From: a virus | Lineage: Duplodnaviria; Caudoviricetes | Reading direction: 5' to 3' (one strand) | DNA: 61,212 nucleotides | IMG/VR virus record: IMGVR_UViG_3300030060_003743 | Location: 1 to 61,212 of that record | Part shown: positions 49,696 to 56,620 of the stretch, piece after piece | Numbering within the stretch: the stretch's first letter is position 1 | Layout of the letters: every line of letters starts with the position of its first letter | Program-made: the position numbers and the translations under genes | The notes under the pieces: generated by a model | Databases searched by the model: none | What the model saw: the letters and a program-made list of their open reading frames with translations, nothing else | What the model was told of the DNA's origin: nothing

Positions 49696-49867
49696 AAAAA
49701 CGAGCTGCTTATTTGCGATATTTCAACTTTCGGTATACTAGACTACCTTGAAAATACAGGGTTTTAGGGCTTCAAAAGTTACGATCTAAATTTTCCGGAC
49801 CTGAGACCGGGCAGGCTGCTTTTAATGCGAAAAAATCATAAAAAAACGTCAACTTTATCGGGAAATT

Positions 49868-49963
49868 TCAAAAAAAATCGGAAATGACAACAAAGATGAG
49901 TAAAAAGATAATCCATAGACGAGGGAAAACTAGCCCGAGGGCTAGTAAAATTAAAATTTCCAA
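49868..49963 (-). CDS. 31-aa hydrophobic peptide (TTG start, not in ORF track)
   Basis: MEILILLALGLVFPRLWIIFLLIFVVISDFF; SD AGGGG; similar to 56620-56718. Overlaps a terminator-like hairpin. Confidence 0.5.
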   Translation of the reverse strand: MEILILLALGLVFPRLWIIFLLIFVVISDFF

Positions 49964-49976
49964 GTATTTTCCCCTA

Positions 49977-50261
49977 TTAAATAAACATTTTGCCAAAATT
50001 GGAATTTAAAAGTTCTTTGACGAGGTATCTAGTGACCTTAATTCCACATTTAGTTTGATAGTTATAAGAGCCAATGATGTTTGCTACTATGGTAAACGAA
50101 TATTCCTTCATGAGATTAGAAATTTGATTTGATATATCAACTTCTTCGCACAAAAATTCATAAACTTTCATTTGCTCATGGCTTTTAAAACCACCTTTTT
50201 TTGCGATTGCGTCTAAACTAGCTTTATATTCTTTCGAATAATGTCTTACTGTATATGGCAT
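49977..50261 (-). CDS. Hypothetical early protein
   Basis: Start re-placed at MPYTV after SD AGGGGG. Confidence 0.65.
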   Translation of the reverse strand: MPYTVRHYSKEYKASLDAIAKKGGFKSHEQMKVYEFLCEEVDISNQISNLMKEYSFTIVANIIGSYNYQTKCGIKVTRYLVKELLNSNFGKMFI

Positions 50262-50295
50262 AGTATTTCCCCCTAATGTTTTTAAAATACACCCC

Positions 50296-50324
50296 ATTTT
50301 ATGCTTTTTTTGCCAAAAAGTAAA
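50296..50324 (-). promoter_or_regulatory. Sigma70-like promoter
   Basis: TTTACT-N17-TAAAAT. Confidence 0.45.
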
Positions 50325-50414
50325 ATTTTTGACGTCCTTATTTGCGATATTTCAACTTTCAAGGTACTAGACCATGCCGATTTTTTTAATTTGACAAGAC
50401 AAATTACCGGTTGT

Positions 50415-50566
50415 GCAGCGCACGGTTCTGGAAACTTAAACATGAAATCCAGTAAAAAAGGCGACAACCATGTCGGGAATTTCCACAAAGACTGTCCAAA
50501 CCTCATCTACGGCCGTGAAAAAAGAAACGCAGCGCACGGGTCTGGAAACTTAAACATGAAATCCAG
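50415..50566. repeat. 38-bp direct repeat pair
   Basis: GCAGCGCACGG(T/G)TCTGGAAACTTAAACATGAAATCCAG at 50415-50452 and 50529-50566. Confidence 0.9.
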
Positions 50567-50742
50567 CAAAGAAGGCGTGGATCGTAACGGGAGTTTTCCC
50601 GATCCGCGGAACCTGGATGGCTTCTTTATATGCAAATCAATAATTTATAGACGTTTCTAGCATCGGGAAATCCTAGTCCAGGCGCACGGCTTCAGGTCAT
50701 CGCTGAAAACCTTGTACCTAGTGCATTGTGCCAAGAGACTTA

Positions 50743-51141
50743 TCATTTTCCCGCACCGCGCGCCGCCCGATGTATTAACAAGATTAATTTTTCATCAAAG
50801 ACGTCAGCCGCATCGGGAAATTCTGCAATTAGATGCACGGCTCTCGAATCATGGACTTCTAGAAGTTTGAGAGCGCACTGCGAGGCATGAAAATTTAAGA
50901 TAAAAGACTTTCCACCAACTTGTCTATGCTTAATGTGCCAATTAATTTGAAACTTTGAAAGGTTGCAATTCTTAACCTCATTGGCTTTTAATTCTAACCA
51001 AAAAGAACTGCCATCAATACACCCATAGATGTCAGGTATTCCATTGATTGTAGAGGATTCTATGCGAGTTAAAAACCAGCTTTTTTGTGTCTTTTGAATC
51101 AGGTTAAGTCTTTTCCAAATTTTTGATTCTGTTATCTTCAT
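50743..51141 (-). CDS. VRR-NUC / Holliday-junction resolvase-like nuclease
   Basis: TES..W, RIE, GIPD, WLELK, LS..QI.W.......GG.SFIL motifs. Confidence 0.85.
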   Translation of the reverse strand: MKITESKIWKRLNLIQKTQKSWFLTRIESSTINGIPDIYGCIDGSSFWLELKANEVKNCNLSKFQINWHIKHRQVGGKSFILNFHASQCALKLLEVHDSRAVHLIAEFPDAADVFDEKLILLIHRAARGAGK

Positions 51142-51146
51142 TCTAC

Positions 51147-51177
51147 AAAAAAAACCCCTGCAAGTATGAACAGGGGT
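51147..51177 (-). terminator. Intrinsic terminator-like hairpin
   Basis: Minus strand ACCCCTG-N10-CAGGGGT followed by a T-run, downstream of the 52634-51222 operon. Confidence 0.6.
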
Positions 51178-51221
51178 ATAAGTGTTGAGCTTTTTGTTAG
51201 CTCGAGGATATGACTTAAATA

Positions 51222-51473
51222 CTACTCGCCAACTAAGAAATCTTCAAGTTTTTTTTGACTGGCAGATTCTATGACTTGGTAAAAATCTTCCGTATCAAAA
51301 TACGGACTGCTATGAATCCATTGGGTATTGTCTACCATAATACGCAAATCTTGTGCATTAAATCCATAATCTATGTACTGCCTTACAGCTTGATTAAAGT
51401 TTCCATGAATTATACTTTCGCAAATTTCATCAAACTGTTTTTGCGTTCTATATTCCTTTTTAGTTTTTTCCAT
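51222..51473 (-). CDS. Hypothetical early protein
   Basis: SD GAGGAG; in operon. Confidence 0.65.
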   Translation of the reverse strand: MEKTKKEYRTQKQFDEICESIIHGNFNQAVRQYIDYGFNAQDLRIMVDNTQWIHSSPYFDTEDFYQVIESASQKKLEDFLVGE

Positions 51474-51485
51474 TTAACTCTCCTC

Positions 51486-51836
51486 TTATTGTTCACATTC
51501 ACATGAAATTCTTGAATGTATATCGTCGTAAGCTGATGATAAATTATAGTACCCTTTACCCTCACACATTTTACATTCTATTATTTCTTTTTTTGTTTCA
51601 ATAGTAGCCATGTCATTAGGTTTGCGATAGCAGTAACCATAATTAATAGCTCTTAAAATATAATATTTACCTTTTGGTAAAACCTTTACGACATCATCAA
51701 AATCAGATTCGTTAGCGCCTATGCTTAAAGCTATTGAATCTAACTTTTCAGCATCTACTAGTACTAAATCACCCGATACGGCTTCGTCATGTTCCCCAAA
51801 ATTGTCTATAAATGTTTCGTGTTCTTTATCCATCAT
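51486..51836 (-). CDS. Hypothetical protein with C-terminal CxxCxGxG/CxC motif
   Basis: CKMCEGKG...CEC; SD GGGGGG. Confidence 0.65.
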   Translation of the reverse strand: MMDKEHETFIDNFGEHDEAVSGDLVLVDAEKLDSIALSIGANESDFDDVVKVLPKGKYYILRAINYGYCYRKPNDMATIETKKEIIECKMCEGKGYYNLSSAYDDIHSRISCECEQ

Positions 51837-51842
51837 TCCCCC

Positions 51843-52634
51843 CTATGCTATGCAGAATCCACCAGACATTTTACAAAACTGAATAAAATCTTGAACGTTT
51901 TCCACATCAAAATTAAAATCAGCTTGTGGCTGGTATTGGTCAAGTAAAGAAAACAACTTTTTCTTATCTTCACTTTTAAGTTTATCTTCAAATTGTTCAA
52001 ACGTTATTCTAATACCTAACGAATTATCAGCAATTTTATATTCTTGATTCATTTCATACTTACGAAATAGCTTTTCAATTTCAGGCATCACCTCTTGATG
52101 ATTATATTCTTTTGCTTTTTTAGTCATCTTTGCCCATTTTATTGCCTCTTTTTCAGTATGACCATGTTTAATTAGTGCTTCTAAAGAACTGGATATTCTT
52201 AAAACAACATCCTCTTTGACTTCATAAAAATCATTAGAATGCCAAGCATCTCTGTCTTCTTCTTTAATCTCTCCTGTGAATTTTCCTATGTACTCGGCTA
52301 GGGGATGCCAATACCAAACATTATTATAGAAATGAAAACCTTCGTTTTCATTTATAACTTTAGACATCATTTTTTTAATATCGTGTTGTGTTTGTTCAGG
52401 CAAACCACTAAGTTTTTTTACTATATTATCAAGTTCTTTTTTCATGTCTTCATCTTTTAAAGGTGTTCCATGAAATAGCTCTACGAGTGAAATTTGGCGA
52501 CCAGTTTTATTGTATGCAGTAAAAGCATTAAAGTTTATGTCGTGGTTTTCGCATTTGTCTAAAAAAGGTTTCCAAACTTTTCCTAAATGTTCCTGTGAAT
52601 AAGCAGGACTAATTCCAAATAAATCAAAACCCAT
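51843..52634 (-). CDS. Hypothetical early protein
   Basis: MGFDLFG start, F..NVWYWHPL motif, ends F..FC..SGGF.I; own promoter. Confidence 0.7.
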   Translation of the reverse strand: MGFDLFGISPAYSQEHLGKVWKPFLDKCENHDINFNAFTAYNKTGRQISLVELFHGTPLKDEDMKKELDNIVKKLSGLPEQTQHDIKKMMSKVINENEGFHFYNNVWYWHPLAEYIGKFTGEIKEEDRDAWHSNDFYEVKEDVVLRISSSLEALIKHGHTEKEAIKWAKMTKKAKEYNHQEVMPEIEKLFRKYEMNQEYKIADNSLGIRITFEQFEDKLKSEDKKKLFSLLDQYQPQADFNFDVENVQDFIQFCKMSGGFCIA

Positions 52635-52668
52635 AATTATCTCCCAATGTTGATTAATGTGTACCCTT

Positions 52669-52696
52669 ATAATAGCAAATATTCAAGCATATACAA
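52669..52696 (-). promoter_or_regulatory. Sigma70-like promoter with extended -10
   Basis: TTGTAT-N16-TATTAT, with TG.n before the -10. Confidence 0.55.
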
Positions 52697-52760
52697 GAAA
52701 TTAATACTTTTTTAAAACGCTTGACTTTCAAGTTTCCCGAGCGCGGGACCTGGTTTTTTC

Positions 52761-52882
52761 CAATAATCTAGTAATTTAAAAAAAGACGTAATTAATGTCG
52801 GGAAATCTCACCACTGAGTCCCGGATCCGGGCTATCAATAATCTAGTAATTTAAAAAAAGACGTAATTAATGTCGGGAAATC
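52761..52882. repeat. Perfect 47-bp direct repeat, 75-bp period
   Basis: CAATAATCTAGTAATTTAAAAAAAGACGTAATTAATGTCGGGAAATC at 52761-52807 and 52836-52882. Confidence 0.95.
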
Positions 52883-52888
52883 CCACAG

Positions 52889-52917
52889 TTGACATACCCT
52901 ATTTAATCCTATGTAAT
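52889..52917 (+). promoter_or_regulatory. Sigma70-like promoter, probably leaderless
   Basis: TTGACA-N17-TGTAAT, 7 nt before ATG at 52925; no SD. Confidence 0.65.
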
Positions 52918-52924
52918 TATATTT

Positions 52925-53236
52925 ATGGAACAAAAAATAGACAAGTTTGGTAATTTAACCATACCTCTTTTTGACATAATTGATCAAAAAGACGCTGATA
53001 AATTTTATTATTTTTACATGGGCTTAGATAGGTCAATAAAAAAAGTAATAGAAAACGCTTTTTATCAGGCGTACACAAAAAATCTTTTAGATAGAAAAGA
53101 ACCCCATATCTTACATCGTGAGGAAAACGGCATCACATATATTGAGGTTGATCCTAGTGACATAATAAGAAATATAGAGATTATCAAAAAAATTATAGCC
53201 ACTAATGAAGTCGTACAAGAAGATGAAAACGAGTAA
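52925..53236 (+). CDS. Hypothetical protein
   Basis: 103-aa ORF directly behind a consensus promoter. Confidence 0.65.
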   Translation: MEQKIDKFGNLTIPLFDIIDQKDADKFYYFYMGLDRSIKKVIENAFYQAYTKNLLDRKEPHILHREENGITYIEVDPSDIIRNIEIIKKIIATNEVVQEDENE

Positions 53237-53474
53237 ACATCCTCTGTATATAGTTGTGTGGAAAGACCACACGTCTAACTCTTCCTGGCAAACTGAAGAA
53301 GAAATAAAAAAAGAAAAATATATATTAGCTTATAGTATAGGCTATTTACTTCATCAAGATAAAGAATGTGTTAAATTATGTAATACTTATACCTCTGACG
53401 AAGGGTACGGAGGTTTAGATCTTATTTTAAAATCTTGTATTGTTGAGATGTACGAAATAGAGATAATAGACTAG
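53205..53474 (+). CDS. Conserved small phage protein
   Basis: V.WKDH....SW, SIGYL, I.KSCI pattern. Confidence 0.7.
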   Translation: MKSYKKMKTSKHPLYIVVWKDHTSNSSWQTEEEIKKEKYILAYSIGYLLHQDKECVKLCNTYTSDEGYGGLDLILKSCIVEMYEIEIID

Positions 53475-53971
53475 TCTTTAACCTCACCTTGAATTATGAT
53501 TGTGTTAGCTCCAACTTTATCTTCAAGCTCTTTTAGTCTAGTTTCGAGCTGATCTCTAGACATTCCCTCTAAAGTGCTATGTGTTATTTCTTTCTTATCA
53601 ACATATTGACCGGCTAACTGACCAGACCTGAACTCTGCATTTATTGCTGCAGTATACTGACCCTTTTGCTCACTCCCATCTCTCAACCTTTCTAAAGTTT
53701 TATATCTTCTAAGTTTGTCTTTTTCATATTTGGCTTGTTCTTCACTCAACCTTATCTCTAAATACCTACACACATGCGGATTTGCCTCAGGACTAGTCAA
53801 CTTACTGGCCAAAGCCATAGCAGAATTATCACTCTTTGAACTGTAACCAGCTTTAATTAAGGCGTCTTTTTTAGATATAGTTCCCCAGTTTTCAACCAAA
53901 ATATCTACAAAAGCTTTTTGTTTTTCTGTCAAATCTTGAGAAGATCTGACTGTTTTTGGTTTTTGTGGCAT
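53471..53971 (-). CDS. terS: Terminase small subunit
   Basis: LTEKQKAFV, A..AGYS, AS.L HTH-like N-terminus; AAINAE...G.LAG.Y. Confidence 0.8.
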   Translation of the reverse strand: MPQKPKTVRSSQDLTEKQKAFVDILVENWGTISKKDALIKAGYSSKSDNSAMALASKLTSPEANPHVCRYLEIRLSEEQAKYEKDKLRRYKTLERLRDGSEQKGQYTAAINAEFRSGQLAGQYVDKKEITHSTLEGMSRDQLETRLKELEDKVGANTIIIQGEVKD

Positions 53972-54048
53972 AACATTCTCCTGTAATTATTATAATGTAA
54001 TTACTTACAAATTAAAAATATAAAAAAAAATCGCAAGTTCCAGTCCTC

Positions 54049-54150
54049 TTTTTCCTATTTTATAGGAAGTTTTCCTAGTTTTTTCCTAGTTTTTTCCTAG
54101 TTTAAATTCAACATAAGCCTATTGGTATGCTATTTTTCCTATTTTCCTAA
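54049..54150. repeat. TTCCTA(G) short-repeat array in AT-rich intergenic DNA
   Basis: TTCCTA at 54052, 54072, 54083, 54094, 54136 and 54144, plus inverted TAGGAA at 54063. Confidence 0.8.
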
Positions 54151-54211
54151 AATATTTGTTAATTTTATACTTTTTTTTAAAAAAAAGTTCTAAGCAACTG
54201 CATTATAGAAA

Positions 54212-54239
54212 TTGACTATGATTAATATAATGTTATCAT
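54212..54239 (+). promoter_or_regulatory. Sigma70-like promoter with extended -10 and no downstream plus-strand ORF
   Basis: TTGACT(54212-54217)-N16-TATCAT(54234-54239), with TG.n before the -10. Confidence 0.55.
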
Positions 54240-54245
54240 AGTGTC

Positions 54246-54295
54246 ACTGAGTACGTGATTCTCTTCCCCCAATGTTGATACTCGCGTACTCTCTC
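54246..54295 (+). ncRNA. Candidate hairpin small RNA with anti-RBS loop
   Basis: Stem GAGTACGTGA/TCGCGTACTC (G-U pair on plus strand) and loop TTCTCTTCCCCCAATGTTGATAC, complementary to the early-gene leaders. Ends are inferred. Confidence 0.5.
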
Positions 54296-54773
54296 AAATT
54301 ATCTTTGATATAAAAATAGTGGTCACAAAGTAATTCGGAGTAATTAATATTTCATCTCTTAACTTTTTAGTTTTTCTTCTTAGCCTTTGTTTTTCTTTTA
54401 AATTATCTAAACAATTGATTTTTTTGTACATTTTGTTATAGGTGTGCCACATTAACTGTCTTTTGGTAAACCTAACAACCCTGCTGGCAACTGCTTTTTT
54501 GTAAGAACTGATAACTGATTGTGCGTCAATGTCCGCACAGGTGCACACCTCTTGAAATTTAGATCCATTGTCTAATATCCAATTATGTGCCTCTAATTTT
54601 ATTAAAGAATTTTTTCTATCAGAATTAGTGATTAAAGTATCTTCAACCGCTGTTGTTAAAACAGACCTCCAAAGTTTTTTTTCACAACTTACACCGTCGT
54701 CTATTAACACATCTCTAGACATTTTAAAGCCCAGTGTTTGCAAAACTTCTGCTGATAAATTACTCATAATCAA
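54294..54773 (-). CDS. Conserved hypothetical protein (possible transcription regulator)
   Basis: E..LWR.VL..A..D, A..WI, F..VC..A.ID motifs. Confidence 0.6.
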   Translation of the reverse strand: MIMSNLSAEVLQTLGFKMSRDVLIDDGVSCEKKLWRSVLTTAVEDTLITNSDRKNSLIKLEAHNWILDNGSKFQEVCTCADIDAQSVISSYKKAVASRVVRFTKRQLMWHTYNKMYKKINCLDNLKEKQRLRRKTKKLRDEILITPNYFVTTIFISKII

Positions 54774-54988
54774 TGCCCGTAGGTTTTGATTAATGTAGAT
54801 AACATTTTTTCACAAACAAGTAAAGTTTGAGTGTTGTGACCTTTTTTAATAATTAAATATTCGTTATACAAGGCCTCCATGAGATGGTTTTTTGCCTCAT
54901 AATCCATGTCGGAGAGGTCAACGTCTTTGAACTGTTCCAAAGACATTTCTATGATATTTTCCCAGTCTATGTTTTTCTTTGACGACAT
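54770..54988 (-). CDS. Hypothetical protein
   Basis: Overlaps neighbours in the operon. Confidence 0.6.
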   Translation of the reverse strand: MSSKKNIDWENIIEMSLEQFKDVDLSDMDYEAKNHLMEALYNEYLIIKKGHNTQTLLVCEKMLSTLIKTYGH

Positions 54989-55182
54989 GAGTCATTTATA
55001 TCATCTTCTTCAACAATATCCAATAACTCATAGCCAGTGTGCCCAGTTCCATCGCATTTTGGACACAACATAGTACCTTCTCTAATCTCCACCACATTAC
55101 TTGGCAGTGGCGAATGATCCGTGTTGCGTGTACCATTTCCCGAGCAAGCCTCACATATTACATATTTTTTTACAATCGCCAT
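54967..55182 (-). CDS. DnaJ-type zinc-finger protein
   Basis: CEACSGNG and CPKCDGTG. Confidence 0.75.
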   Translation of the reverse strand: MAIVKKYVICEACSGNGTRNTDHSPLPSNVVEIREGTMLCPKCDGTGHTGYELLDIVEEDDINDSCRQRKT

Positions 55183-55190
55183 TTTTTCTC

Positions 55191-55400
55191 CTATAAAACT
55201 TTTTCATTAAGATTGTCCAACAAACTCTTCTTAAAAGCTTCCTGGTCAACACCCTCACTGATAGATAGTTTCTCTACCTCTTCATCTAGCATTTTAGTAA
55301 TTTGTGCGGCTGGCCCACGATAATTGTGTTTACTTACCGCTTTCAATAACTTATGATCTTCAACCTTAACAGCTACACTTTTCCACTTAGTTGCATCCAT
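55191..55400 (-). CDS. Ribbon-helix-helix-like DNA-binding protein
   Basis: KWKSVAV strand followed by two helices; SD GGAG. Confidence 0.6.
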   Translation of the reverse strand: MDATKWKSVAVKVEDHKLLKAVSKHNYRGPAAQITKMLDEEVEKLSISEGVDQEAFKKSLLDNLNEKVL

Positions 55401-55419
55401 TTAATAAATCTCCGTAAAA

Positions 55420-56265
55420 TTAATCATGACAAAAACAAGTTTCTTGGTTTGGTTCGTCATCGTCAAATAGTTCGCCTTGGTTTCTTGTATTATCTAACAA
55501 AGTTTGGTAGTTAGCACGATCTTTTCTAAAAAAATGCACCATGTTATCACTACCTATTTTCTTGCCTTCTTGTTCGATCCACCAATCTGCAAGCTCTGGT
55601 TTTATCTTCATCATATTTTGAATTGTTTTAGCTCCTTTTAAGAAACATAAATCACAATTACCATATGGTGTTTTACCGCCGTTGTTGATTAGTCGTAAAT
55701 CAAAATCATTATTTGTCCAAAAATTAAAAACGTCTTTGACCGTAGCTTGTGCTTCATACAATGGTGCCTCGGTATCCCAACGTTCTTTTGCGTTAGCTCT
55801 CTCTAACCTGGCCACTCGGTGTGGCTCATCATATCTTAACCCAATATAATTGTTCCAATGTTCAAAGCCCAACTCTTGCATTAAAAATGCTTTCATGGGT
55901 TTTATTTTTAAATAACTCGTACAGTACCGTGTCACGGGGTTCGGTAAAAATTGTTTACTATCAATGAGTTGTCCATAAGGTTCCCCGTTTCTCGATGCAG
56001 TTTCATACGTAACCACACGATACTTATGTTCTTGCTCCAGGTCACATTCAATCCAGTAAATTGGTACGTTCCAACGCGTTGAACATTCGTTTACAAAATC
56101 TAAAGTTTCTGGCATCTCTTTGCCAGTGTTAGAGAACACGACCGGTAAATCGTCTGGCAACTTACCATCATACTCGTCTAAAATTTTACGTAACATGTAA
56201 CCGCTTGTCCTACCTCCTGAAAAACTAATACAACCAGGTGTCTCTACCCTATATGGACTTTTCAT
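55420..56265 (-). CDS. PAPS-reductase-family (PP-loop) protein
   Basis: ISFSGGRTS, FSNTGKE, R.CT..LKIKP, IGLRYDE..R, GNCDLCFLK. Start after SD GGGAG. Confidence 0.85.
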   Translation of the reverse strand: MKSPYRVETPGCISFSGGRTSGYMLRKILDEYDGKLPDDLPVVFSNTGKEMPETLDFVNECSTRWNVPIYWIECDLEQEHKYRVVTYETASRNGEPYGQLIDSKQFLPNPVTRYCTSYLKIKPMKAFLMQELGFEHWNNYIGLRYDEPHRVARLERANAKERWDTEAPLYEAQATVKDVFNFWTNNDFDLRLINNGGKTPYGNCDLCFLKGAKTIQNMMKIKPELADWWIEQEGKKIGSDNMVHFFRKDRANYQTLLDNTRNQGELFDDDEPNQETCFCHD

Positions 56266-56620
56266 TTGATCTCCCTTGCAAGTTGCAAATGACTCTCGTA
56301 ATGCCGTCATCGTCTGTCACATATTCTACCAAATCATGCAGCTTATAGTTAGTGTTATATGCCGGTTCATTATTAACCAAACCGATACCTTTTTTTCGGT
56401 CGCCTTTTATTATTTTAACCCACATTTTTTCTAAAACTTTTTGACCATTACGAACCGTAACAGAGTCATCAATAGGAAAATAACAATAGATAAAATCTTT
56501 AGGTACATCAGGGTTATTTTTTACCGTCAAATACATTTCAACACCGTGCTCTTCACAGGTGTATACAATATTATCTTCCGCCTCTTCTAAAAGTTTTTTT
56601 AATTTTCCTTCTTTTACCAT
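56249..56620 (-). CDS. Hypothetical protein (E.MWV.I...G...NEP motif, DUF2314-like)
   Basis: EKMWVKI..G....GIGLVNNEP; start by TAATG coupling. Confidence 0.55.
   Translation of the reverse strand: MVKEGKLKKLLEEAEDNIVYTCEEHGVEMYLTVKNNPDVPKDFIYCYFPIDDSVTVRNGQKVLEKMWVKIIKGDRKKGIGLVNNEPAYNTNYKLHDLVEYVTDDDGITRVICNLQGRSNEKSI

Larger units (their letters stand above)
48340..52880 (+). repeat. Dispersed RCGT-N8-TCGGGAAA element family (10 copies)
   Basis: Copies start at 48340, 49106, 49262, 49846, 50461, 50575, 50651, 50801, 52786 and 52861; all on the plus strand with fixed 8-nt spacing. Confidence 0.85.

Noticed and set aside
50282-50660. ORFs 50301-50660 (+) and 50282-50506 (-)
   Set aside because: They run through non-coding repeats and a promoter. 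The repeated peptide only mirrors the 38-bp DNA repeat, and there is no SD.
49058-52882. Repeats as a CRISPR or mini-CRISPR array
   Set aside because: Copies are degenerate, irregularly spaced and separated by genes. There are no uniform spacers and no cas genes; the PD-(D/E)XK nuclease is a usual phage exonuclease.
49058-52882. Units as integron attC sites or IS/MITE ends
   Set aside because: No RYYYAAC/GTTRRRY ends, no target-site duplications seen, and no integrase or transposase recognised.
54249-54291. Hairpin as a simple terminator for the 54294-54773 gene
   Set aside because: On the minus strand it has an A-C mismatch, a 23-nt loop and no U-tract.
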